Made by a program: the position numbers and the translations under genes. Below are positions 26,001 to 38,195 of a stretch of DNA of 64,000 nt, one piece after another. The stretch's first letter is position 1, and each line of letters opens with the position of its first letter. Origin of the DNA: Leucoraja erinacea (Eukaryota); the NCBI RefSeq assembly GCF_028641065.1, contig NC_073409.1, positions 62,001 to 126,000 of the forward strand, given 5' to 3'. The notes under the pieces are model-generated. The model had not been told where the DNA came from, searched no databases, and was given only the letters and a program-made list of their open reading frames with translations.

Positions 26001-27230
26001 GTGAGTTGAAGAAACTTTTGAACCTGTAAATAATGTTGTTTTTAGTCGTAGGCAGCCAGTCTCAATCTTCCCCGCGTTCAGTGATTTCGAACTTCCCTTG
26101 AAATGTTTTGATGGTGAAAATTGTGGTTATTAATGTGTGTTATGGCACTCGGTTCAGTTGTGGCATTGTCACTTGTCAGCTCGAATATTAGTAAGCCCCA
26201 AGCAGACACAGAAAGCATAACAAGCTGAGTGCATGATAGCAGGTGGCAGAATGTGGGCAAGCACAAGTTTGAAAGGACTAAATACCAGTGCGAGCAGCAA
26301 AAAAGGAAACATGGAGCAAGTTATCATATAATGTAAAGCAAATGACACGGGTCCCAGTGAAAGATAAATATCAGAATAAGAGTGTGGGTCAACAGGATTA
26401 TATCATGGATGCTGAAATATCAAACGATTAATAATAAATAATACACAATTCTGCAAACACTCAGTAGATTTTATCAGCACCTGTAAGAAGACTCAAATTA
26501 TCCTTACAGCCTGTGTAGAATGCTGAGATCAGCCTCTCATTTCCATTTCCAAATAGTAATGCTGTTGTGTAGAGCTGTGTGGTGACCCAAATGTTCCATG
26601 GTGCATGAGAGTAAGGTGCGTTAGCAGCCTGAGAGCTACTGCCAAGTGACTCAGCGGGTCAGGCAACATCACTGGAGAACATGGATAGGTGACGTTTCAT
26701 AGAGTGCTGGAGTAACTCAGCGGGTTAGGCAGCATCTGTGGAGAAAAGTAATTGGTCATCCTCCTGCAGGCTACTTGGATTCAGAACAGTTTGTGGTCAT
26801 TGTCAAAAATTGAATTATCAAAGTTTAAAGTAAGGATAGATGCAAGAATGTAACTGATCAGTGGATTTTTTTTTGGAGGGGGCTAGAAAGTCGTGTTGTA
26901 ACCAGCCAATCCATTGGTGAGCCCACAGTGGGAATTGTGCAATCATGGGCAATGTACACCACCTAGCCTTCACACCTTCTTCCCAAAGACCCCTTGGTAT
27001 TGGCAGATTATTGGATGGGTTTCGAGAACCTAGACAAGTACTGGAGTTAGTTCACAGGTCATCCTCGAGGGCAGGGCCTCTATGGTTGTCTTGTCCTGTT
27101 CCTGTAATTATTCAGTTGGCTTAACTTTGGTTGGGTGTGTGCTGTCAATTTCCCTGGGCCTGTAATAAAAATACTATAGCCGTTCCTTTGGCCGGCCGAG
27201 TTCATGCTAGTCTTCCATCTTCCCCCGTAG

Positions 27231-27277
27231 GGCGATCTGGATACACTTTCAACCATCAAGTCGCTTGAGTTTCTGAG
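27231..27277 (+). CDS. SNRPA1: SNRPA1 exon 4
   Basis: GDLDTLSTIKSLEFLS; ccgtag/gtatgt; 47 nt. Confidence 0.95.
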
Positions 27278-28484
27278 GTATGTTCACTACTCTTCATTAA
27301 TGTTAAGATATTGGCTTATTATTGTTGTGGTCATAAGACAGAATGAGGTCATTCAGCCCATCAAGTCTGCCTTGCCATTCGATCATGGCTGATCTGTTTT
27401 TCCACCTCAACCCTTCTCCTCCCTCCTATCTGTAGTGGACACTCTTCCTAATCAATAACCCATCAATCTCCAATGACTTGGCTTCCACAGCTGTCTCTAC
27501 CAACTAATGCCACAGTTTCACCCTCTGGCTAAAGAAATTCCTCCTCTTCTTTCTAAAGGTATAACCTCTTATTCTGAGGCTGTGCCCTCTGGCCCTAGAC
27601 TCTGCTTCTGGAGGGGCAGTGTGTTTTACTATAGCTATAACTGCCATTTTCTGATTGCATGTTTTCTCTTTACGAGGTCTTACTGGCTGCTAATATTTTT
27701 GAAATGTTTAAGGGAGCATCTTGAAGCTGTTTCTGATTTGCTGTTCATGAATATGTTGCTGGCAGTTTGCCTGTGCTATTGGGAATAAACATGTGCACAA
27801 CTTGTAAGTACTGCTTGTGCATTCTCTGTCCAAGGTACAATCATCTTTAATGTAGTGGCTTGTTTATTTGTATTTAATTGGAGTTGGGTGTTCAATTTAT
27901 AATTTACATGCCTGGATATGACTGGAGAAGATCACCCATAAGTATGAATATGTTTCCAGCTGTTTTAAACCCCACTTAGTTTCAGTCAGATGCTGATAAA
28001 CCTTGAGTGTAATATACAAATTGCTGGCTTTGGAAATTAATAAATGATATGGCCTTTTGTACGAGGAAGAGGACATGGGTTGTTCCACTTTCTTGTGGCC
28101 TTGTGATTGCTGCCAGCAGGTGGCAGTGTTACACCACTTACATTCACACTTGTCTGGCCAACATTCTGCTTGGATCACCAAGACCTGCAGAATTCTGATG
28201 ACCTGTTGGCAACCAGTTTTAACACAGGCATCAGTAGTGACTTGCATAATGAGTATTCAGTTATGTAAACTTCCTACTGCACCCTGCCTTGTGCATCTTC
28301 CTAGTTTTATTTCTGCAGCCTGCCAGCCATCCTATGGTGCACCTTGTCTGAGCCAAGCCATTAACTTGTTCTATTCCATCCTGCCCTTTATCTACTCCTT
28401 TTCTTCCATTCACTGACTGTCAGACTCTTAGCGAGATTTTCGGTTTGGTCAAATGCATTTGAATTATGAACATTGATTTTGCAG

Positions 28485-28587
28485 CCTCCTGAGAAATCCT
28501 GTCACAAGTAAGAAGCATTATCGCCTCTATGTGATCCACAAAGCTCCACAGATCAGAGTTCTGGATTTCCAGAAGGTCAAGCTGAAG
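28485..28587 (+). CDS. SNRPA1: SNRPA1 exon 5
   Basis: LLRNPVTSKKHYRLYVIHKAPQIRVLDFQKVKLK (LRRcap); ttgcag/gtatgg; 103 nt. Confidence 0.97.
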
Positions 28588-29940
28588 GTATGGTTTGGAC
28601 TTGCCGCTCTAGGTACCAGTTTTAGTACTGTGTCGCTTTGTATCCTGAAATATGATATGGTATCCCTTTAAATGAAATGGTTTTTATTTTGTAGTTCCTG
28701 AACTTTTGTGTGGTATGTTTAGGGCTGCTTCCAGCAAGCTCTCCTGACTTATTGAATCAGATTTATGCTTGTTCCTATGTGTTGAGGGATGTTAGGTCAC
28801 CTGGTTTCAGATCAAGCTGGAAAAGGTACAGAGATTTACAAGGATGTTGCCAGGATTCGAGGGTCTGAGCTATGGGGAGAGGTTGCGTAGGCTGGGATTC
28901 TATTGCTTGCAGCGCAGGAAGATAAAGGGTGATCTTATAGAGGTGCACAAAATCATTAGAGGAGGTGGTCCGGGCCTGGCTTTAGCCGGGAAGGCGGAGA
29001 AGCACTGGATGTTGTGGTGGCCATCTCGGCATCGTGGTGGTAGGGCAGGTGGCGCCCAATCCAGTGGTGGAGCTCCGGGCCTGCGGGTGGGCGGTCGAGG
29101 AGTGTCCGATAAACCATCAATGTTTGCTGGATTTTGGTCCTTAAATGGGATTTTTGGACCTTGAAACTGTACGAACCTCACCAATGGCATTTCAGAGAAA
29201 ACAATCCAAGTCTGTCTTTGTCTGCTGATGTGTCAGGACTTGGATATGCCTCTGAATAGTTACCTAGCCCTCTGAATTATATGCATGGTCACATAACCAT
29301 TGTTAACATGGTATAGATGCACAGGAGGATTTCTATCTTGCTCTGCTTGTATTTCTATTCAACTTCAGTGTGTCACTGTCGTTAGTGTTGCTCCATTGTT
29401 TATGGGTGAGAGGCCAGTGTTAAACTATGATCAGCCCTTGCCACCAGTTCAGTTCATGTTGAGAGTCCAGATAACATTAGCAGTCCACACCTGATATTGA
29501 AGTTCCAAGGTACGTACTGTTCTGTTCACCAAGCTCATCAACAGCGCTCCCACAATTGGAACCAACTCCAACTGCCGCAGAGTCAAACCTTTTGACAAGT
29601 GGAAATGTGAAGCTGCTTTTGTTTGGGTGACTGAATAGCTGCTTCTTCCAAAAGTACCCACTGTCATCTTTTTTTGCCATCCAGGATGTTTTGTTTTTAA
29701 ATTGCCTGATGATTCTTTACCTTGGACCTGATATAGGATACATTTCACTCTTACGGTACGATAGTTTTCTGAAGTGATCATTTCAGGATTTTGACTATCA
29801 ACTCTTTACTTTACTGCTATTTTTGTGCTCTCAATTTTTTTAATTTATTATAGCATATAACACATGTGGGTAGGCAGAATGTGACTGGCTGGGATGAGCC
29901 GTTCAGTTTGTTTGTAACTGAATGTGATGTATCGTCACAG

Positions 29941-30020
29941 GAACGTCAGGAAGCGGATCGGATGTTTAAAGGCAAACGTGGGGCGCAGCTTGCCAAGGAT
30001 ATAACCAAGAAAACCAAGAC
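29941..30020 (+). CDS. SNRPA1: SNRPA1 exon 6
   Basis: ERQEADRMFKGKRGAQLAKDITKKTKT; tcacag/gtaaga; 80 nt. Confidence 0.97.
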
Positions 30021-30342
30021 GTAAGATACAGACACTACACTTGACTTGATGCCTTGCCTCAGAAACACTGCAATTGGGCAAGAATCAACCAGAGAGATGT
30101 CTTTATTCAAGACCAACAGTGCTTCCAAATTGCTGATCTTTTCAGCAAGTGCTGCCTTCCCAGCACATTTGTGTTTCTGAGGGAAGTTATTTCAAGTAAT
30201 GATCTGTTCAGGGCAGAGTTGTAATATGTATCAGTTAATGAAAAGATCAGATACTGCACTGGTTTTTAAACATTGTGGCTTTAAAGGTCCAGAGAAGATC
30301 TTGTGTGGCAGCTTAATTGACTAAATTCTCTGTGTCCTTAAG

Positions 30343-30418
30343 TTTCACACCAGGTGCAGGATTGTCAGGGGAGAAGAAGAAAGCAGGTCCTACAGGACCT
30401 GAAGTTGAAGCTATTAAG
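30343..30418 (+). CDS. SNRPA1: SNRPA1 exon 7
   Basis: FTPGAGLSGEKKKAGPTGPEVEAIK; cttaag acceptor and gtaagc donor; 76 nt. Confidence 0.95.
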
Positions 30419-30944
30419 GTAAGCAGATGCACCCCGCTCGCTACAGGTTTAACTGGGCCCTGCAAGAGCAAATGCTGGAATCAGACAAAGAAACGAGGAA
30501 TCTTAGGGGCTAGGTTGGCGTCTGGAGAATTGCTTGTTTGACAATGCTGAAGCCAATGCATGAGCAAGATTTCAGAAATGAAATAAAAACAGAACTAAAG
30601 CAGAGATGACATGGATGCACAACATGAATCAAGCTAATTGCAGGTAGTCCTGTTGAACTGTTCTGTGAGGAGGTGAAGTCTCAGAGCAGGAGGAGTGATC
30701 TGTTCACTTGGGCCATTTAATTCCATTGGTTGATTATATTTGCACCATATCCCAGAATAATTTTGCCCAATTATACAGAGCAGTGGGAATTACCAGATGA
30801 AGGATGAATGATATCAGATGGGTCCAATTCGCCCTCCTCTCTTATTTCAATTCCCTGTCGCACGTTGTTGGGGGGGGGGGGGGGGGGGGGGGGGGGGCGG
30901 CAATGGAGCCGGTATGTTTCTGTGCCAAATGTTTTAGGAACTTA

Positions 30945-32130
30945 ATAAGGAGCAGCAGGATGTCGGCTGGCCTTTGAGTTAGCTCCACTATTCATGAGAT
31001 TCAAGACCAATCTACTTCTCTTTCTGATTTGATTGAGCTCATTGTTGAGCGGCAGGGCAGACGATTCCAACGGTTTATCTTCTGAGTAAATAATTATTTT
31101 TTCATCTTGGTCCTAATTTGCTTACCCCTTATTTCCAACATGTTCTGCATTCCTAGACTTCTCAGTCAGAGAAAACATCTTTACAACATCTGACCTGTCG
31201 AGGCCTTTCCTAGTTTGGTAGGTTTCCATGAGGTCTCCCCTCATCCCCCACACTCTGCGCTCTGCTCTACTCGATCTCTGTACAGGAAACACACCGTCCC
31301 CTGAACAAATCCAGCAAAGCATTGTTGCACTTCCATCATTTCTCAAGTAAAAAGATTAGATCTGTGCACAATACTCCCGGTGCAGTCTGACTGAGGCCTT
31401 GTACAATTATCTAGGTGTTCTTTACCCTGTAATCAAGCACTTCTGTTTATAAATGGAGCCCGTTTAAGTTTGCACTCTTCCTGCGTGTTTGACTTTGGTG
31501 ACGTGTAGAAGCACCACCCAATGTCTGATATTGAACAAATACTCTGCTTCACCCACTTTAGTCTATACTATACTATAATACTTTAGTCTATAATCACAGA
31601 TGCAATAATCGGATTGTGCAGACTTGCAAGTCTGATGTATGGTCGGTCCCCTTAGTTGATAGATGGTGAACAGCTTTGGCCCAACCACTGATCCGAGAAG
31701 TTCCCCAATAGTCACCTCTGCTGACGGAAGGAAGGACCTCTTTGTTGCCACTCTTTGCTTTCTATCCAATGACAGGTTCTCTAACCATGCCACTCCCTTG
31801 CTTCCACTTCCAAGTGCTTTGACCATTATGTTCCCGCTGAAGTTCCAATTACACCATATTACTGGGTGCACCATGTCTATTCACAAGTTGCATCTTCATT
31901 CTAGGACAATTTATTTGTAAGTCCATATTGACTCCTCAATCCTAGTATTGCATCATTGATTATAGATTTCACATTTTCCACTCCATTGACATTAACCTGA
32001 TGGATTGATTATTCCCCTTTTTCTCTCCAGCCTTCATTAAACTGGGCTACCTTGCAATCCATCGGAAAAATTCCAGGATCTTTAAAACCATGGAATAATA
32101 CCCACCATCTCTGAAGTCGTCTCTTTCAAA
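30945..32130 (-). mobile_element. Old CR1 LINE remnants in SNRPA1 intron 7
   Basis: MRGDLMETYQ..KGLDR and DRKQRV..GSVVGPKLFTIY motifs on the minus strand. Confidence 0.65.
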
Positions 32131-32569
32131 ATTCTGCACATAATTTACTTTAATCTTGGTGTTTATCAGCTTTCACACTGCGTTTCTTGACTATTAGTAA
32201 ATTCCAGTTCATTGGGTTCTCTCGACTCTTGATTTTCTAATATGTCTGGCAGGTCATGGAAAGCAAACAGATGCGTTGATAGAGATTGTGGGTTGGCATC
32301 AAACATGGAGCAAGCCTGGAGCGCTGCTGCGTAGAAACAGGCCCTTTGACCCACTCTGTGCCAAACATGGTCAAATTCAGTTTCAGATTGCAGGTGTATT
32401 CTTTTTTGCTCATGAATGGCTAGTGTATTATCTCCTAGACTTTGGGCCAACTGAGTACTTTAGTACCTGGAGAGACAGCAGATCTGTGGAAAGGCTGAAG
32501 GGTCACTTGGTTAAAAGGGCACCTTTGAACGTGTCAATCTCTGAAGCTATGCTGCTGTTTGATTTGCAG

Positions 32570-32663
32570 AATGCGATTGCCAATGCATCAACCCTGGCTG
32601 AGGTGGAGAAATTGAAAGGAATGTTGCAGGCTGGGCAAATCCCAGGCAGAGACAGGAAGACTG
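32570..32663 (+). CDS. SNRPA1: SNRPA1 exon 8
   Basis: NAIANASTLAEVEKLKGMLQAGQIPGRDRKT; ttgcag/gtgagt; 94 nt. Confidence 0.97.
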
Positions 32664-33978
32664 GTGAGTTGAGAGCATGAACATAAAATCAAATGGTCCA
32701 AAGCAAGGAAAGTCCTGTTCTCCACAAAGCCCAATCTGCCGATAATGCATTTAGCAGTTTTGTTGCAGACTTCGCGTCCTTCTGCTTCACAAAACTATAT
32801 TCCTTGTGGTAGACACAAAATACTGGAGTAACTCAGCGGGACAGGCGGCAACTCTGGAGAGAAGGAATGGGTGACATTTTTGGGTCGAGACCCTTCTTCA
32901 GAGCTACTATATTTCCTATCCCCCTCGAGATTCAAAAAGGAACAAGCAGAGTATGTAAGATCAGAGAAAACTCTGCCTTCCCTTTTCTAGACTGATCAGA
33001 TTAAACCAAACCTCCAGTCTCCCCCTCCCTGACTCTGTCTGATGAAGGGTCTTGACCCAAAAAATAATCTATTCATTTTCTCCAGAAATGCTGCCTGACC
33101 TGCCGAATTATTCCAGCATTTTGTGTCAATCTTTGATCAGATTAAAATTTGTCCAGTGTGTTCATTTCTGAGCTCCCATGGATTGAGCCCCCATTTTATT
33201 GATTGGAGAGGCTGTTTCTATCAGAACATAAGAGACTGGAAGATTTAATTGGGGTGTAAAATATTATGAAGGATCTAGATACTGTAATTAGAGAACACCT
33301 TTTTGCAGAAGGCTAAAAAATCAGACAATTTAGAATCTGTTGAAAAGTGAAAGCTTTATAGCTGGGTGTGAGCCTGGAAGGTGAATAGAGACACAACCCC
33401 ACATTTTAAATAAAACTTGGAATTGTACATGAAAAGGCCTAACTAGTGATGGATAGTGAGATGGTACACAAAAATGCTGGAGAAACTCAGCGGATGCAGC
33501 AGAATCTATGGAGCGAAGGAAATAGGCAACGTTTCGGGCCGAAACCCTTCTTTAAGGATAGTGAGATTATGTTTGGCAGTTCTTTTTCATTTGGCATGAA
33601 TATAATGGCTGAATGGCTCTGTTATAATTTTTTTGCAATTCTACACTTGTTTGGTTTAGTTCCTTTTTTATTTGCCCAGATCTCTGCCGATCTCCCCTTT
33701 CTATAAAGCAAGGCCAGACTTTTTCCATTATGTCAACAAACATTATTATCTCTCCACTGCTGTCACTACACGCTGACTGGTAGTAAACACTATCTGAGTG
33801 AACTGTGCAGCCCAGGTACTATTACTAATTGATAATGTAATACTGAGCTCCGTTACAGTACTGGTTAAAGCAACCCTCAACATCCTTGTGAAACTATTTT
33901 ATTAACAATTGTCAATCTTTTAATCTTTGAATAAAAAGAGTAGCAAGTTTAAGATGTCAGACATTTATGTTTTTACAG

Positions 33979-34040
33979 GCGCTACAGATGAAGTTGAGGA
34001 AGAAGATATGGAGGCGGATTCTGTAACCAACGGCAACTAA
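33979..34040 (+). CDS. SNRPA1: SNRPA1 exon 9 (last coding exon)
   Basis: GATDEVEEEDMEADSVTNGN*; ttacag acceptor. The nine exons sum to 771 nt = 256 aa + stop. Confidence 0.93.
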
Positions 34041-34346
34041 TGCTTCCCTAATGTGTTTATGTTAAAGTTCTTTGTTGGGTGGTCTCCGCTTTGGAGATGA
34101 ACCTTGAATTTAGTGAAGTGATGAGCATTGTGCTTGTGTGTGGTCTTGTCTATGGGCAGGCTCTGATCACCTGGAAACTGCAATGTCCTGTTATCACCCA
34201 ATGGAATACTGCTCAGGAACAACTTATTGTCCAAGTCAGACCTCACTGCAGAAAAGATTGGTTTGTGTTTTCACTCTAACTCCAAGTATCATTCACTTCA
34301 ATTATCATGTTCAGGCTGTATATGTTTTGCTTGTCAGGATTTTGAT

Positions 34347-34352
34347 AATAAA
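34347..34352 (+). terminator. SNRPA1 polyadenylation signal AATAAA
   Basis: About 310 nt after the stop codon, followed by T/GT-rich sequence. Confidence 0.65.
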
Positions 34353-35679
34353 CATTTTTTGAGGTAATTGTCAGTTTTTACTTTCACAAAGATGTAAATA
34401 TTCAGGTCAAGCGGGATGGTTGCTGATTCTAGTAGGTCACCTTCTCAAAGTATTTGAGACGAGAGGCTTTTGTTAGGTACAGAGCCTGGGATGGGAGGTG
34501 GAAAGCAAGGTCCATGCAGAGCAGAGTAACTGTTGGAGTGGAGGAGCAGCATTCAAGATGCATTGAGAACATCCTGTGTCAGGAGCAGATGGACAATGGA
34601 AGGAAAGGACCTGCCACTCATCCCATCAGGCACAACCTGTCTGTCCCCTCTGGGAGAGTGCAGGTCCCACCAATCACCTCGCAACCCACAGAACCCAATC
34701 ATCCTTGATCCTCAGGTTGACGCAGGAAGAAGATAAAGGCGTCACCTTCCCCGTCTCTTTAATAAGTAACCCATCGGAACTCATCAGTGGGGGAGGGATG
34801 AGAGCTTCTATCCAGTTTCGTGCTCTGTTCTCATCGTGAGGGGTACCTTGATGGGCCTAATGCCAAGGAGCAGAGTGTAATTGGCACCAAAGCTTAACCA
34901 TGGCACAAAAGTCAAGGAAGCTGAAGGAACTCGGCAAGTCAGAGTCAGTTTCTGCACAGAGAGAGAGAGAGAATAAATTAGCAGGCTAATAATCTTTTGT
35001 TAGGAAGGAGGAAGGTTGATGTGTTTTGTTCTGAAGGCATCGCTCTCTGATGTGCTATTTGAATTGCTGGAGTCGGGTTGTCAATGAATTGTGTAAACAT
35101 AGAATGTGTGCATATAACCTGAGTTTCAACAGAGGGCAGAGGAGGCCAGTGTATCTAACATCAGTGGTAACAAGGTACTCTGTGGCGCATTGAGTCCAAC
35201 CATTATTACATTGCTTCATTATCTGAGAAGTCTCGGCTGGAGTGGAACATTGTGCAATTATCAATGAACATTCCCATTTCTGAACCGAGTTCATTGATGA
35301 AGGACACGACCCAGAGGAACTCCTAACAAGAAGCCTGTGGCTGAGATGATTGACCATCCATCACAACTGCCTTCCTTTGTGCTATGTGTGATTCCATGGA
35401 GGGATTACCCCTTGATTCCTACTGACTCCAGTGTGGCCATTGCTGCTTGAAAAGCAGAGGTTAGAGCCTGGAGAAATGTTTGCAATCGGGCTCCGCGAAG
35501 GTTTTTGCAAGGTGTGGTATATTTGTGGTTTATGTCAATGATTTAGCTGTATGTAAAGAAGGTATCAACATTGACCACTCTCCATCTCCACTAGCACGTC
35601 CACCACTGTCATAATGCTGAGTGATGTTCTACCTAAAGTAGTACATCCAGATCCACACAGTCTTTAGAGTAAGAATAAG

Positions 35680-35917
35680 ATAAAAACGTGTACTTAAACA
35701 CGACGAAATGTAATGAGGAGCGGATACTTAGAAAGAAAAGTGAAATCTCTACCGAAATGGAAAAGATGTCGGCGATTCTGCGTCTGGTTTCGGAGTTGCA
35801 GGGAATCAAAGGAAGAAAGTCCGATTGGACATCAGTGAGCATTGGGCATTGTGCCATCACACGATGGAAACGAATCAAAAGGAAGAAAGGCAGCCGGCAG
35901 CCACAGACTTTTATATA

Positions 35918-35960
<43 letters not shown>

Positions 35961-35962
35961 TA
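35680..35962 (-). mobile_element. Possible non-autonomous DNA element end (Helitron-like 5' end) fused to a (TA)n(CA)n microsatellite
   Basis: CpG-containing segment whose minus strand starts TATATTATATAAAAGTCTGTGG; microsatellite at 35911-35962. The family assignment is tentative. Confidence 0.35.
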
Positions 35963-36496
35963 TGGTAAATGGACACACTGATCTGCATTTATGCGTACAA
36001 TATTCTGTTGTGCTGCAGCAAGCAAGAATTTCATTGTTCTATCTGGGACACATGACAATAAACTCTTGACTTGAAGGGCCTGTTTCCATGCTGTATTTCT
36101 AAACTAAAGACATGATGGGCATGCATGATTCTGTGATTAGTTGTACAGGAGGATTGGAGTTGGAAAGGAAACAGAATCTCGGTTGGGATAGAGTCCGGAT
36201 GGAGTGACAATTATACTGCAACACCTGCTGTGAAAATCCAGGGGGATCAGACATGATCCAGCACAGTCTGTGGTGCGAAACGGGCCCTTATGTCCAGTAG
36301 CCAGATGTTCCATCAACAGGTACACAAAAAAGCTGGAGAAACTCAGCGGGTGCAGCAGCATCTATGGAGCGAAGGAAATAGTCAACGTTTCGGGCCGAAA
36401 CCCCCATCAACAAACAGCCTTTAGCTCCTGCTGTGGGCCCCACCCCACCGGCGCCGCCGGCGTTACCCTTTTAAACGCGGATGCAGGTCCTGATTT

Positions 36497-36568
36497 GCCA
36501 CGTCAGTCGCTGCTCTGATTGGTCGAGCGGTCCCGGATGTCACGTGACCAACGGATCAGTCGGAAGTG
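36497..36568 (+). promoter_or_regulatory. SELENOS proximal promoter: UPRE (TGACGTGG on minus, 36498-36505), inverted CCAAT (36518-36522), GTCACGTGAC E-box/CLEAR palindrome (36539-36548), ETS (36561-36568)
   Basis: Exact consensus motifs packed within 80 bp upstream of the ATG. SELENOS is a known ER-stress-inducible gene. Confidence 0.7.
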
Positions 36569-36573
36569 AAACG

Positions 36574-36607
36574 ATGGAGGAGCGCGAGGGGCCGGCGGTG
36601 ACAGCAG
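36574..36607 (+). CDS. SELENOS: SELENOS exon 1 (MEEREGPAVTA + G)
   Basis: Strong Kozak context acgATGG directly after the promoter motifs. Donor CAG|gtggtt gives phase 1, matching the exon 2 acceptor. The N-terminus is shorter than in mammals, so this exon is less certain. Confidence 0.7.
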
Positions 36608-38195
36608 GTGGTTCAGTGTAGACAGTGGGGTAGATAGTGTGTGTATAGTGGTGTAGTGTGTGGGGTATAGAGTGTGTGTATATGTGTGGTGTAGAGTGTG
36701 TAGTGTGGGGTAGATAGTGGTGTAGTGTGTGGGGTATAGAGTGTATATGTGTAGTGTGGTGTAGATAGTGTGTAGACAGTGGGGTAGATAGTGTCTGTAT
36801 AGTGGTGTAGAGTGTGGGGTACAGTGTAGAGTGTGGGGTAGATAGAGTGTATAGGGGAGTGTGTGTAGTGTGGTGTGGGGTAGAGTGACAGCAGGTGGTG
36901 GGTGTATATAGAGTGTGTAGTGTGGGGTACAGAGTGTGTGTGTATGTGTGGTGTAGAGTGGTGTAGTGTGGGGTAGATAGTGTGTGTAGTGTGTGGGGTA
37001 TAGAGTGTGTGTATATGTGTCCTGTAGAGTGTGGGGTATAGAGTGTGTAGTGTGTAGTGTGGGGTAGCGTGTGGGGTACACAGAGTGTGTGGGGTATATG
37101 TGTCCTGTAGTGTGTGGGGTATAGAGTGTGTGTAGTGTGGGGTAGATGGTGTGTAGGTGTAGTGGGGGTAGAGTGTGTCTGTATAGTGTGTGTAGAGGTG
37201 TAGGGTATAGAGTGTAGTAGTGTGTGTAGTAGATAGTGTGTATAGGGTGTAGTGTGACAGCAGGTGGTTCAGTGTAGACAGTGGGGTAGATGTGTCCTGT
37301 AGAGTGTATGTGTATGTGTGCGTAGTGTGTGGGGTAGATAGTGTGTATAGTGGTGTGTAGTGTGTGGGGTATAGAGAGTGTGGTATACTGTGGGGTACAC
37401 TGTGTATGTGTAGTGTAGAGTGTATGTGTGGTATATAGTGGTGTAGACCGGTGTAGAGTGTGTGGGGTACACTGTGGTTCAGTGTAGAGTGTGGGGTAGA
37501 GAGTGTGTGTATGTGTGGTGTAGAGTGCGTGTAGTGTGGGGTATAGAGTGTGTGTGGTGTAGAGTGTGGGGTATATGTGTCCTGTAGAGTGCGTGTAGTG
37601 TGGGGTAGATAGTGTGTGTATGTGTAGAGTGTGGGGTACACTGGGGTTCAGTGTAGAGTGTATGTGTGGTATATAGTGGTGTAGACCGGTGTAGAGTGTG
37701 TGGGGTACACTGTGGTTCAGTGTAGACAGTGGGGTAGATAGTGTGTATAGTGGTGTAGTGTGGGGTACAGAGTGTAGAGAGTGTGTGTAGTGTGGGATAG
37801 AGTGTGGGATAGAGTGTGGGGTAGATAGTGTGTATAGTGGTGTATTTGTAGTGTGGGGTACACTGGGGTTCAGTGTAGATTGTGTAGAGTGTGTAGTGTA
37901 GAGTGTGTGTGTATATGTGTAGAGTGTGTGTGTATGTATAGTGTGGACTGGTGTAGAGTGTGGGGTACACTGGGGTTCAGTGTGGGGCCGATAGTGGTAT
38001 AGAGTGTGTATAGTGTAGAGTGGTGTATAATGTGGGGTACACTGGTGTATAGTGTGGGTACAGTGTGGGGGGAGAGTGGGGTACGGTGTAGACTGGTGTA
38101 CAGCGTGGGCTATAGCGTGGGGTACACGTGTACAGGGGGGGTACGCTGGTGTACAGTGGGGGAGGCCGAGGGGCCGGCGGTAATGGCAGGTGGTG
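36600..38195 (+). repeat. G/T-rich, C-poor complex minisatellite filling the start of SELENOS intron 1
   Basis: Recurring GTGTAGTGTGGGGTAGATAGTGT, GTGTAGAGTGTGGGGTA and GTGGTTCAGTGTAGA units over ~1.6 kb. Confidence 0.95.

Noticed and set aside
33979-33987. Second in-frame acceptor (ctacag) 9 nt into SNRPA1 exon 9
   Set aside because: It would delete 3 aa in a disordered tail, and the sequence gives no evidence that it is used.
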